A stretch of DNA of 64,000 nt from Thermoplasmata archaeon (GTDB taxonomy: Archaea; Thermoplasmatota; Thermoplasmata; Lutacidiplasmatales; UBA184): positions 9,380-73,379 of the forward strand of contig DATKQS010000006.1 of the NCBI GenBank assembly GCA_035532555.1, given 5' to 3'. This document shows, piece after piece, positions 17,262 through 26,680 of the stretch (positions are counted from its first letter, which is position 1; each line of letters starts with the position of its first letter). The notes beneath the pieces were generated by a model. The model made no database searches and was not told the origin of the DNA. It saw only the letters and a list, made by a program, of their open reading frames with translations. A program made the translations under genes and the position numbers.

Positions 17262-19001
17262 ATGCCCGCGGCAGGGAACGAGAGCGAGGCGCGCGCGTTC
17301 TTCGATCGAGCGGAGTCCGAACTCCTCGGCCTAGCGATCGAATCGTCGCGCGCCGACTGGGTCTTCAACACATTCATCACCCCCGACACCGAGGAACTCG
17401 CCTCGAGAGCGAGCACGAGGCTCATCGCGGCGACCGTCCAGAGGGCCAAGGAGGCGAATCGGTTCCGAACCGTGTCGCTACCCGGAGATCTCGCCCGGAA
17501 GGCCCAGCTCCTGCGTCTTTCCCTCCCGCTGGTCGCTCCCCCCAACCCGGCGGAGGCGGACGAACTGGTCCGCACCGTAGCCGGGATGCAGACCACGTAC
17601 GCCACGGGACGCCACGCCCCTCCCGGGCGGACGGAAGCGGTGGACCTCCAGGAGCTCTCCCGCATCTTGGGGGAGAGCCGGAACCCGGTCGAGCTCGAGA
17701 ACGTCTGGATCGGCTGGCACGACATCGCTCGGCCGATGCGTCCTCAGTTCACGCGCTACGTCGAGCTGGCCAACCGAGGGGCGCGGGAACTTGATTTCGC
17801 CGACACGGGCGCGATGTGGCGATCGAAGTACGACATGGACCCGGATTCCTTCGCCCGCGAAGCCGACCGGCTCTGGGCTCAGGTGCGGCCGCTGTACCTG
17901 TCCTTGCACGCCTACGTGCGTCGCCGCCTCGTCGAGCGGTACGGTCCCGAGCTCGTCCCGGAGCGCGGCCCGATCCCGGGCCACCTGCTCGGTAACATGT
18001 GGGCCCAGTCCTGGGAGAACCTCTACCCGGATCTCGCTCCCCCGGGCGGCGGAGCGACGTACGACCTGACGAAGATCCTCGAGGGGCGGCACACGAGCCC
18101 GACCGACATGGTCCGCTTCGCGGAGCGGTTCTTCGTCTCCCTGGGCTTCGATCCCCTTCCGAGCACGTTCTGGGAACGGTCGATGTTCGTCCGACCGCGG
18201 GACCGCGAGGTCGTCTGTCACGCGAGCGCCTGGGACGTGGACGCGGTCGATGACCTCCGGATCAAGATGTGCATCGAGATCACGGCGGAGGACTTCCACA
18301 CGATCCACCACGAGCTCGGGCACAACTACTACCAGCGGGCCTACGCCCGGCAGCCGTTCCTGTTCCGGGAGAGCGCGCACGACGGGTTCCACGAGGCCGT
18401 CGGCGACACGATCGGGCTGTCGGTGACCCCCGAGTACCTGGTGCAGGTCGGGCTGTTGGACCGCGCCCCGTCCCCCGAGGGCGACATCGGCCTCCTGCTC
18501 TACACCGCGCTGCAGAAGATCGCGTTCCTCCCGTTCGGGCTCCTGATCGATCGGTGGCGGTGGTGCGTGTTCTCCGGAGAGTACGGCCCGGATTCCTACA
18601 ACCGGACGTGGTGGGAGCTGCGCGAGCGATACCAGGGGATCCGCCCGCCCGTCGTACGCGGCGAGGATGCTTTCGATCCCGGAGCGAAGTTCCACGTTCC
18701 GGCGAACGTGCCGTACATGCGCTACTTCCTCGCCCACATCCTCCAGTTCCAGCTCCATCGGGCGCTCGCCCGGGAGATCGACTGGGCCGGGCCGTTGCAC
18801 CGGTGCTCGATCTACGGACAGCGCAAGGCGGGCAAGCGCCTCCGGGCGATGCTCGAGATGGGCTCGAGCCGAGAGTGGCCGGACGCCCTCGAGGCGATCG
18901 GCGGCGACCGTCGCATGGAGGCCGCCGGACTCCTCGAGTACTTCGCGCCCCTCCAGCGCTGGCTGGACGAGCAGAACCGGGGCCAGCCGGTCGGCTGGTA
19001 A
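17262..19001 (+). CDS. M2-family zinc metallopeptidase (angiotensin-converting-enzyme-like peptidyl-dipeptidase)
   Basis: HEXXH zinc site HHELGHNYY plus downstream EAVGDTIG (third ligand Glu); 579 aa, the length and motif spacing of peptidyl-dipeptidase A. Confidence 0.85.
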   Translation: MPAAGNESEARAFFDRAESELLGLAIESSRADWVFNTFITPDTEELASRASTRLIAATVQRAKEANRFRTVSLPGDLARKAQLLRLSLPLVAPPNPAEADELVRTVAGMQTTYATGRHAPPGRTEAVDLQELSRILGESRNPVELENVWIGWHDIARPMRPQFTRYVELANRGARELDFADTGAMWRSKYDMDPDSFAREADRLWAQVRPLYLSLHAYVRRRLVERYGPELVPERGPIPGHLLGNMWAQSWENLYPDLAPPGGGATYDLTKILEGRHTSPTDMVRFAERFFVSLGFDPLPSTFWERSMFVRPRDREVVCHASAWDVDAVDDLRIKMCIEITAEDFHTIHHELGHNYYQRAYARQPFLFRESAHDGFHEAVGDTIGLSVTPEYLVQVGLLDRAPSPEGDIGLLLYTALQKIAFLPFGLLIDRWRWCVFSGEYGPDSYNRTWWELRERYQGIRPPVVRGEDAFDPGAKFHVPANVPYMRYFLAHILQFQLHRALAREIDWAGPLHRCSIYGQRKAGKRLRAMLEMGSSREWPDALEAIGGDRRMEAAGLLEYFAPLQRWLDEQNRGQPVGW

Positions 19002-19097
19002 CGGGTCGGTACGCACGCAGGATAAACCCGGCACCCCGTCCTCTTCCGTGGTGCGTCTACGGGCTCGGCGGCTCGCTCGCCGGCCGCCGCGGGGACC

Positions 19098-20060
19098 ATG
19101 GTCGCCGGCCTGAGCGATCTCACCTTAGCGACCCTGCCGGTCGGCCTGATCGCGATCGCGATGATCGGGCTCAACCTGTACGTCCTGCATCGACTTCTCC
19201 TCGACCGGCCTCGCCATGCGGTCTCGGCCTTCGTACTGGGCGCGGGAGTCCTGCTCGCCCAGCTCGTCCTTTGGGCCGGGGTGGCCTACTACCTCTTCGT
19301 CCCGACCGTGGGAGGGTTCGTTCTATTCGCCATCGCCGCGCAGTTCATGATGGTCCCGATCGGGATCTGGTTCGTCGCACTGATCCTGAAGCAGTCGCGG
19401 AAAGCGATCGCGCCCGGGAGCGTGCCGATCGCGGTCGGCATCGGGCTGCTCTTGTTCGCGAACGAGTATCTCATGAGCATCGCCTTCCTTCCGCTCGCGC
19501 CGCCGGCGTTCGCGGGGACGATCTGGTTCACGGGGAATCCCGTGGAGTTCCTCGCCGTCCCTCTGGTCACGCTCTGGTATTGCTGGCCGATGGGTGTGAC
19601 CATGGCCGCGCTCCTGTGGTGGACCCGCCTGCCCATGGCCGATGCCCGGGCCGTCGGCGCCCTGACCGCGACCGCATTCGTGGCGCCGTGGATCCCCGAA
19701 TCCCCCCTCGCCGGAGCGCTCGCAACGGCCATCGTGATGGGGATAGGAATGGGACTGCTCCTGCGAGCATCGATCGCCGACCGGCGTCCGAGCGTCTATT
19801 CCGCGCATCTGCGGCTCGGGGCCGCCGCGGCTTTCGTCCTGATGTCCGCCGGCGCGTTCTCTTCGATGCTGGTGGCCTCCGGGCCCTGGCACATCCTCCC
19901 GTTCGCGTGCATTACCTCCGTGGTCATGGTCGGCGAGACCGTCTACCTCGTCCGCAGTCTCCTCGCGCCGATGGGAGAGATTCCTCGGCCGGGCTCGGTG
20001 CTGAGCCCCCGCCCAACGGCCGTCGCGGAACCGCGAGAGCGCCCGGACCTCGGCCTATAG
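19098..20060 (+). CDS. Hypothetical polytopic membrane protein (~9 TM)
   Basis: 320 aa, uniformly hydrophobic; no recognisable motifs. Confidence 0.5.
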   Translation: MVAGLSDLTLATLPVGLIAIAMIGLNLYVLHRLLLDRPRHAVSAFVLGAGVLLAQLVLWAGVAYYLFVPTVGGFVLFAIAAQFMMVPIGIWFVALILKQSRKAIAPGSVPIAVGIGLLLFANEYLMSIAFLPLAPPAFAGTIWFTGNPVEFLAVPLVTLWYCWPMGVTMAALLWWTRLPMADARAVGALTATAFVAPWIPESPLAGALATAIVMGIGMGLLLRASIADRRPSVYSAHLRLGAAAAFVLMSAGAFSSMLVASGPWHILPFACITSVVMVGETVYLVRSLLAPMGEIPRPGSVLSPRPTAVAEPRERPDLGL

Positions 20061-22199
20061 ACCGGGAACCGACTCGCTGCCGGGGCTCGCCCGCACGGAG
20101 GGTGCCGGGGTCGGGGTCATTGCCGCCCGCGTCGCGGTCGCCGCCGACGGGGGAGGGGACGCGCCGACCATGGGAAGCTTCGTGCCCCGGGGAGTCGGGA
20201 TCGGGAGGCCGAGCTTCCCGCGGACCCAGTGGCGAACGTCGTAGATGTACATGTTCCCGTAGGGACACGCGCTGACGCAATCGCCGACGCCGCAGCACTT
20301 GGTGCTCCGGAACTCGCCCTTGGTGCGGAAGGAGCCGGGCATGTTGACGAGCCCGATGGGGCAGGCCTTTGCGCAGTCGAGCGTCGTGCACGCCTTGCAG
20401 ACGTCCTTGCTCCGGACCCTGAGCTTGAACAATCCGATCTTGTGGAACGCCTGGGAGATCGCCCCCGTGTAGCACCAGCCCATCGTGACGCAGTTGTAGG
20501 TCCCGACGTAGGGGACGGTGACGAACATCACGTACCAGAGGATCCCGAAGGAGATCGAGAACAGGAAGATGGTCGGGTCCGCACCGAGGACCGTCACGTT
20601 CCAGATCCCGGTCGAATCGAGATACGACGCGACCGATGCGAAGAGCAGCGAGCCCAGGATGACGCCGGTGGAGATCGAGTAGGCGGACGAGAATCGACTG
20701 CCGAGGTACTTGCGCCCCACCGGCCCGGAACGATTGAACGATTTCATCGAGTCGAGTGTCGTCCCCTGGTACATCAGCGCGGCCGTGCAGAACGTGGAGC
20801 AGACCACCCGTCGGCCGAAGAGCGCCGCCAGCGTTCCCATGATCGCGTAGGTGAGGATCACGACCGTGAGCACGCTCGCGGCGAGCACGGCCGATCCGAT
20901 CCCCATCGACCATCCGAGGACGGGGACGGTCGCCTGGGCCGGCGCGTTCGGAAACGCGGAGTGGTAGTAGATGCTCGGGAAGAACACCGCGAAGACCGCG
21001 TAGCAGAACATCATGAGGACCATCCGGATCCGGTTCTCCAGGTTCGGCGTCTCTCGGATCTTGAAATACACGAGAGCTCCCATCTCGATCCCCATCATCG
21101 TGAGGAACCAGGTCGACGCCGTCACTCCCGCGAGGAACCAGAATCCGTTGTAGATCGCGTTGTACGCGATCGTGCCGGCACTCCCGCTCAACGGGAGCGT
21201 GAAGAACGCCCCCGCGTAGTGCGCGGGGTCGATCTGGACCGCGAGGAGGGCCCCCATGAAGATTTCGGCGACGAAGATGGACGCGAGCACTCCGAACGTC
21301 CAGTTCGCATCGAGCTGCCAGGGCGTGCCCATCTCCTTGCCGAATCGCTCGGTGCCGACGATCGCAGCGAAGAACAGGACCATCTCGGCGACGATGCCGA
21401 GCGCGAAGACGTCCGCCCAGCCGCCGTAGTACAGCCAGATGAACTGGCCCGCCATCATGAGCCCGTAGATCCCCAGCAGAGCGCCCACGTAGTGGGAGAA
21501 CGCAGCATCGAGCTGGCGGTGCCGGTAGATGTACTCCATGAGATAGATGAACAGCACGATCATCGTCGCGCTCGAGAGATAGACGCTGAACGCGACCCAC
21601 CCTCCGAGGGCGAGCGCCGTAGGGGAGAGGAACATGATGAGGGACTGGAGGAGCAGCACGCGGTACAACCCCGCGGAGATCCGATCCCGCAGGAAGTACG
21701 TCGTCAGGGCCATCTCGGCCGACATCGTGAACAGGAACCAAGGGGAAGTCGCGACGCCCGTCAGCACGTCGAGGATCCCGCCGCTCAGCGCGGGCCCCGC
21801 CGCCAGTTGGAACGTGGCTCCCATCACGAGCTCGTTGCCTAGAACGAGGGCCACGACGGCGGCGATGAATCGGTAGGGATGGACGATCGGCCGGGCCACG
21901 AACCGGTCGCCCTCCTCGACGCGTTGCTTGACCTCTTTGAGGTAGGTGAGGAAGAACGGGATGACGCTGATCGACATCAACGCGCTCCCGAGCCAGAGAC
22001 CTTCGATGATCGACGAGGGGCCCGGGGCGACGAAGTAGAGCAGCGCTCCGGCGAACATCGCGACCATCATCGCGAGGAGGAACGTCACGACCGACGCGTT
22101 GACGGGGGTCTTTGCCTCCGAGGCCCACTTGATGAGGACCGCCGTCACGTAGGCCATCAACGCGCCGATCCCTGCGAGGATCGCATACGCGGCGATCAT
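20055..22199 (-). CDS. Large polytopic membrane protein with a C-terminal 2x[4Fe-4S] ferredoxin-like domain
   Basis: ~560 aa with more than 14 hydrophobic helices, followed by CKACTTLDCAKACP and CCGVGDCVSACP motifs (CxxCxxCxxxCP-like x2). Confidence 0.6.
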   Translation of the reverse strand: MIAAYAILAGIGALMAYVTAVLIKWASEAKTPVNASVVTFLLAMMVAMFAGALLYFVAPGPSSIIEGLWLGSALMSISVIPFFLTYLKEVKQRVEEGDRFVARPIVHPYRFIAAVVALVLGNELVMGATFQLAAGPALSGGILDVLTGVATSPWFLFTMSAEMALTTYFLRDRISAGLYRVLLLQSLIMFLSPTALALGGWVAFSVYLSSATMIVLFIYLMEYIYRHRQLDAAFSHYVGALLGIYGLMMAGQFIWLYYGGWADVFALGIVAEMVLFFAAIVGTERFGKEMGTPWQLDANWTFGVLASIFVAEIFMGALLAVQIDPAHYAGAFFTLPLSGSAGTIAYNAIYNGFWFLAGVTASTWFLTMMGIEMGALVYFKIRETPNLENRIRMVLMMFCYAVFAVFFPSIYYHSAFPNAPAQATVPVLGWSMGIGSAVLAASVLTVVILTYAIMGTLAALFGRRVVCSTFCTAALMYQGTTLDSMKSFNRSGPVGRKYLGSRFSSAYSISTGVILGSLLFASVASYLDSTGIWNVTVLGADPTIFLFSISFGILWYVMFVTVPYVGTYNCVTMGWCYTGAISQAFHKIGLFKLRVRSKDVCKACTTLDCAKACPIGLVNMPGSFRTKGEFRSTKCCGVGDCVSACPYGNMYIYDVRHWVRGKLGLPIPTPRGTKLPMVGASPPPSAATATRAAMTPTPAPSVRASPGSESVPGL

Positions 22200-22253
22200 C
22201 GGGATCCGCTCCGGGCGCCGTTCCTTCGGGCCACTCCGTTCATCCTCGTCGCG

Positions 22254-23594
22254 CTACGGGCTCCGCATCCCACCCGCCGAGGCGGCGGGGGGCGGGCTCG
22301 CCGGGGAGTCGATGACGACGAGGCGAGCGGAGGGCCCGGGCGAGGAGGGCGGCCCGAGGGGTGCGGCGGTGGAAATCGGGGCGGGCGATCCTGCACCCAC
22401 CCAGCCTGCGGACCACTCGAGGGGTTGGAAGGCGCGAGTGGGGAGGAGGGCGAACGCGATTGCGAAGCCGCCCACGAGGAGGTACTGGAATCCCCAGCGC
22501 AGTGCGACGGTGAGGCCGTCGGTCGTCAGGGGAACGACCGCACCCCAGCCGGCCGGGAGCCCGAGCATCCCGAGGATCTCGTTGCCGAGACCGTAGATCC
22601 CCCAGCTCGAGATGGGCGGCGGAACCCACGTGACCAGACTGAGCCCGGCGACGAGCAGGGTCGCTCGCAGTACGAGCGACCAGGAGCGAGCGATCGTCTG
22701 GAGACCGCGGTGGATCGCCGAGGGGAACAGCGCGACCAAGATCGCGAGGAGGGCGGGGAGCTGGTACTGGATCCCCCAGGAGAACCAGATCGCCGCGGAG
22801 GCGCTCTGCGGTGGGATGGTGATCCAATCCGCGACCATCGCGAGCGACCAGGTAATGCCGCCTACGAGCAACGCGACCCGCAGGATCGCCCCAACGACGA
22901 ACCTACGGTCGAGCGGCGCGGCCGCGGCGAGCGCGGGGGTGTCCCTGCCGACCCCGGCGCGCGAGAATATCCCCCGCGTCACGAATAGGAGCTGCTCTTG
23001 GGCGATCAGCGCGATCCCCATGACCACGACCTGGAACAGGCTCAGGTACCAGCTGTTCGCGACCAGGGTGTAAGTGGTGCTGCCGGTCGTCTGGGCCACG
23101 GCACCGATCCCCGCGGCGGCCGCCGCACCGGTGGAGCAACAGGCTCCCAAGGTCACCAGCGCGATCATGGCGGGAGTGAGCCCCACTCCCGAGCCGATGG
23201 CCGTGGAACGCGCCGCCCCGCTTCGGCGCATTCGAACGAGTTCGACCGCCAAGAGGACCGCGGCCGAGATGCCGATCCCCACTCCGATCGAGACGAAGAT
23301 CATCGTCCATGTCGGCAGGAACGGGAGGTCGAGCACCCCCCAGCCTCCCACGACCAGGATCCCGGGGTAGTTCCACCACTGCGGGTTCGTACCGGGGCTC
23401 CACAAGATCTCCGCGTACGGCGCCACGTGGAGCGGGGTAAGGATCAACATCTCCCCGACCCACATGGAGACCAGCGCGAACACGACCGCGAAGAACGCTG
23501 CCATCATTCGACCATGGCGTTCGCGCACGAATCGACGGGTTTCGCGCAGGGTCAGGATGGCAAGCAGGCCATGGGATGGAGCCTCGTCTACCAT
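22254..23594 (-). CDS. Hypothetical polytopic membrane protein (co-directional with the ferredoxin-domain membrane protein)
   Basis: 446 aa, more than 10 TM segments, Pro/Ser-rich C-terminal tail; 54-nt gap to the downstream gene, so likely an operon. Confidence 0.5.
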   Translation of the reverse strand: MVDEAPSHGLLAILTLRETRRFVRERHGRMMAAFFAVVFALVSMWVGEMLILTPLHVAPYAEILWSPGTNPQWWNYPGILVVGGWGVLDLPFLPTWTMIFVSIGVGIGISAAVLLAVELVRMRRSGAARSTAIGSGVGLTPAMIALVTLGACCSTGAAAAAGIGAVAQTTGSTTYTLVANSWYLSLFQVVVMGIALIAQEQLLFVTRGIFSRAGVGRDTPALAAAAPLDRRFVVGAILRVALLVGGITWSLAMVADWITIPPQSASAAIWFSWGIQYQLPALLAILVALFPSAIHRGLQTIARSWSLVLRATLLVAGLSLVTWVPPPISSWGIYGLGNEILGMLGLPAGWGAVVPLTTDGLTVALRWGFQYLLVGGFAIAFALLPTRAFQPLEWSAGWVGAGSPAPISTAAPLGPPSSPGPSARLVVIDSPASPPPAASAGGMRSP

Positions 23595-23699
23595 TCTCTT
23601 ATCGGACTGAGGAATCGCTTAAGAGACCCCGGTCCGGACTCTGCCCAGCATCCCCTCCGGCGGCCGGCCGTCTTCTCCCGGGGAGAGGAAGATGGCGAG

Positions 23700-24743
23700 T
23701 CAGCGGCCCCGCCGTAGGCTCGCCGGGGCCGAGAGCATTGGGAGCTCCAGCTCGGCGGCCGGGATCCCCGCCAGTCCTGCCGGCCGGTAGGCGCCGTAGT
23801 ACGGGATCCGGTGCGTGATGACCCGGCGAAGCGCGTCCCGGACCGCGTCATCCCCAAGACCGCGGGTCGGGATCAGGTCATCGTTGCGGTTGAGGCAACC
23901 CTTCAGCTCCCCGCGGTGGGTCACGCGGATCCGGTGGCAGTTCGCGCAGAACTCGGCGTTGCCCACCGGATCGACGAGCTCGACCTCGGCGCCTTGGAAC
24001 AAGTACACGCGTCGGTGGTGCATCTCCCGGACGAGCACTCGGCTCGCGTGGGTCTCGAGCCAGCTCTTCACCGCCGCGATATCGACCATCCACTCGCGGT
24101 GGGCGACCAGTTCCGGCATGAACTCTATCAACTGGAGTCGGAGCCCGTCCTCGGACCCGACGTAGTCGATCATCGCCGGAATGTTCTCCAGGGTCGACCG
24201 GAAGACTACCATGTTGAGCTTCACCGGCTTGAGCCCCACGCGCAGGGCCTCGCGGACGCCCCGAAGCACCGGGGCGAGAGCTCCCCCTCGGATCGACCGG
24301 AACTGATCCGGATCAAGTGAATCGACGGAGACGTTCACCCGCTTGAGCCCCGCGTCCCGCAGGGACTCCGCGCGGCGCTCGAGCATCGCGCCATTCGTCG
24401 TCAAGGAGACGTCGGGGATGTGCCGGACCGTCCGATCGACGATGGCCTCCATGTCCGGCCGGACCAACGGCTCTCCTCCAGTGAACTTGACGGCCCGGAT
24501 CCCGAGCTCCCGGGAGAGGCGCACCAGTCGCGCGATCTCCTCCAGGGTCATCTCCCCCGGATCCCGATGCCCGGCGCGGGTGGTCGGGCCCTGGCCCTCG
24601 TCGTGACAGTACACGCAGGAGAAGTTGCACCGCTTCGTGACGCTGATCCGGATATCCGTGACCTCGCGTCCGAAGGCGTCGCTCAGCATGCGATCGGGAG
24701 TAGGGTGGGCGGTCATATAGCCCACGGAAACCCGGCGCGACAC
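23700..24743 (-). CDS. moaA: GTP 3',8-cyclase (molybdenum cofactor biosynthesis protein A)
   Basis: Radical SAM CNFSCVYCH cluster motif and a C-terminal MoaA-specific Cys motif (CANCHRIRVT...LKGCL). The true start may be the internal Met at 24716. Confidence 0.9.
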   Translation of the reverse strand: MSRRVSVGYMTAHPTPDRMLSDAFGREVTDIRISVTKRCNFSCVYCHDEGQGPTTRAGHRDPGEMTLEEIARLVRLSRELGIRAVKFTGGEPLVRPDMEAIVDRTVRHIPDVSLTTNGAMLERRAESLRDAGLKRVNVSVDSLDPDQFRSIRGGALAPVLRGVREALRVGLKPVKLNMVVFRSTLENIPAMIDYVGSEDGLRLQLIEFMPELVAHREWMVDIAAVKSWLETHASRVLVREMHHRRVYLFQGAEVELVDPVGNAEFCANCHRIRVTHRGELKGCLNRNDDLIPTRGLGDDAVRDALRRVITHRIPYYGAYRPAGLAGIPAAELELPMLSAPASLRRGR

Positions 24744-24840
24744 CCGCCCATCGCCCGAGCCGCATCGTGGCGGGCCGATCTCAGAGCCGGCCGGCCCGAC
24801 GGAGGATGGCGGAGGATCGTGAGCGGCCGGCGGACGCTAA

Positions 24841-26349
24841 GTGCGGCAGGCCCCTTGGTTCCCGCGCCGAGGCCAAGGCTCACCGGGTCGCGGGGCCGAG
24901 CGCAGAGGAGGATCGATGCCGACGGACGAGCACTCCCGCTACGAGCGAACGCCCATTCCCGAGGAACCCGCGCGCGACCGCGCCGCGAGCTTCATCGAGA
25001 TCCGGCACCCGTACCTCCCGGACGATGCGGTCCTCGAGGCCCAGCGTTGCCTACAATGCGCGATGCCGTACTGTGTGCAAGCTTGCCCCATCGACCAGGA
25101 TGCGCGCGGGTACATCCTGCGGATCGCCGAACGCAAGTTCGACGAGGCCGCCCTCGTGGTCCTGCGGGAGAACCCTCTCGGAACGACCCTGTGCAAGGTC
25201 TGCTACCACTTCTGCGAGGATGCCTGCATCATGCACGAGCGGGGCGTCCCGATCGCGATCCGTCAGCTCAAGCGGGCGGCGATGGAGCTGGGAAAGTCGG
25301 ACCTGTACTACGTTCCCAGCGCCCTGCGCGAGGAGCGTGTGGCGATCATCGGCGCGGGACCGGCGGGATTGATGGCCGCGTGGGAGCTCGGGCTGCGCGG
25401 ATACCGCGTCACCGTGTTCGAACAGCAGCCGTACATCGGCGGGCAGGTCGGCGAGATCCCGAAGTACCACATGGACGGCTACGAAATCGAGGTGGACGCG
25501 GGGCGGTTCCGGGACCTTCCTGTGACCTTCGTCATGGGGAAGAGGATCGGAACGGATGTGACGATCGAGAGCCTGCACGCCGAAGGGTACTCGGCGATCT
25601 ATCTCGCGGTCGGCACCTCCGACCACAAGGCGCTCGGCATTCCCGGTGAATCCCTGCCGGAGGTGTACGGGGCCATCGATCTTCTCAAGGATGTGAACAA
25701 AGGCCCACCGGTCTCGGTCGGTGCGCACGTCGTCGTGATCGGAGGCGGGGATGTCGCGATGGACGCCGTGCGCTCCGCCTTGAGGCTCCAGCCGCAGAAG
25801 GACGTGACCGTCGTGTACCGGCGGACCCGGGACAAGATGCCGGCGGGGCACGAGGAGTCCGACGAGGCGGAGGAAGAGGGGGTCCGCTTCCTCTACGAAC
25901 TCAGCCCCGTGGAGATCCTGGGGACCGATCACGTGGAGGGGATCGTCGTCCGTAAGACGAAGCTCAGTGCGCCCGGCCCATCGGGTCGGCCCTCGGTCGT
26001 CCCGGTTCCAGGTTCGGAGAAGACCATCCCGTGCGACATGGTCATCGTCGCGGTCGGTGAAGCTCCCGTCCTCGCGGGGTTCCCCGACGCTCTTGATCTC
26101 CGATTCGGCGCGCAGGGCTGGCCCGAGGGCAAGAACCCGGACTCGATGACGGGGATCGAAGGGATCTTCGCCTCGGGAGGGAAATCGGTCGTGCACGCCA
26201 TGGCGGCCGGGACGCGCTCCGCGAAGGGCATCGATGCCTATCTGAGCCGCAAGGCCGGACGGCCCCCGATCCCGCGCCCGGATCCTTTCGGGAAGGAAGA
26301 CCCTCCCGCCCTGCCGAGGGGCTACGGGGCTCCGACCTGGACCCCGTAG
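24841..26349 (+). CDS. FAD/NAD(P)-dependent oxidoreductase, glutamate synthase small-subunit (GltD)/dihydropyrimidine dehydrogenase PreT-like
   Basis: N-terminal 4Fe-4S region (CLQCAMPYCVQACP); two dinucleotide-binding folds (VAIIGAGPAGLMAA..., VVVIGGGDVAMD). Confidence 0.8.
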   Translation: MRQAPWFPRRGQGSPGRGAERRGGSMPTDEHSRYERTPIPEEPARDRAASFIEIRHPYLPDDAVLEAQRCLQCAMPYCVQACPIDQDARGYILRIAERKFDEAALVVLRENPLGTTLCKVCYHFCEDACIMHERGVPIAIRQLKRAAMELGKSDLYYVPSALREERVAIIGAGPAGLMAAWELGLRGYRVTVFEQQPYIGGQVGEIPKYHMDGYEIEVDAGRFRDLPVTFVMGKRIGTDVTIESLHAEGYSAIYLAVGTSDHKALGIPGESLPEVYGAIDLLKDVNKGPPVSVGAHVVVIGGGDVAMDAVRSALRLQPQKDVTVVYRRTRDKMPAGHEESDEAEEEGVRFLYELSPVEILGTDHVEGIVVRKTKLSAPGPSGRPSVVPVPGSEKTIPCDMVIVAVGEAPVLAGFPDALDLRFGAQGWPEGKNPDSMTGIEGIFASGGKSVVHAMAAGTRSAKGIDAYLSRKAGRPPIPRPDPFGKEDPPALPRGYGAPTWTP

Positions 26350-26417
26350 CCGCTCCACCCATTCCCACCGGGATCGGCATATCGGCCGGGGCTCCTGCCT
26401 CGGTTCGTGGATCCCCG

Positions 26418-26680
26418 GTGCGGCTCATCTGCTCCGGCATTCGGGTGCGGGACGTCACCCGGTCGATGCGATTCTACGAATCGATCGGGTTCCGGGTCGT
26501 CAAGCGAGGATGATTCGCGCACGGCGGCAAGTACGTCCACCTCGTCGTTCCGGGCTCTACCCACCGCATCGAGCTCAACTACAACCCCCGAGGCTCAAGA
26601 TTCGCCGATCTCCATGGGAGCTGGGGTTCGGTTTCGCGCCCTTATCCGCCCGTTCGCTATCCGTTTCGTCGAGGACGTTC
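26418..26680 (+). pseudogene. Disrupted VOC/glyoxalase-family gene fragment with an in-frame TGA
   Basis: GTG-start frame reads VRLICSGIRVRDVTRSMRFYESIGFRVVKRG-[TGA]-FAHGGKYVHLVVPGSTHRIELNYNP, a typical glyoxalase N-terminal beta-alpha-beta-beta-beta module, then loses similarity. Too short (<90 codons) for a functional VOC protein. Confidence 0.5.

Noticed and set aside
16898-19034. Long minus-strand ORFs (275 and 518 aa) across the M2 peptidase region
   Set aside because: Both are antisense to the M2 peptidase gene, which has a clear HEXXH zinc site. The sequences are compositionally biased and match no family.
20229-23717. Several 200-540 aa plus-strand ORFs (e.g. 20229-21842, 21879-22988, 22998-23717)
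   Set aside because: They are antisense to the two large membrane-protein genes. Their translations are Arg/Asp/Glu-rich and show no hydrophobic periodicity or motifs.
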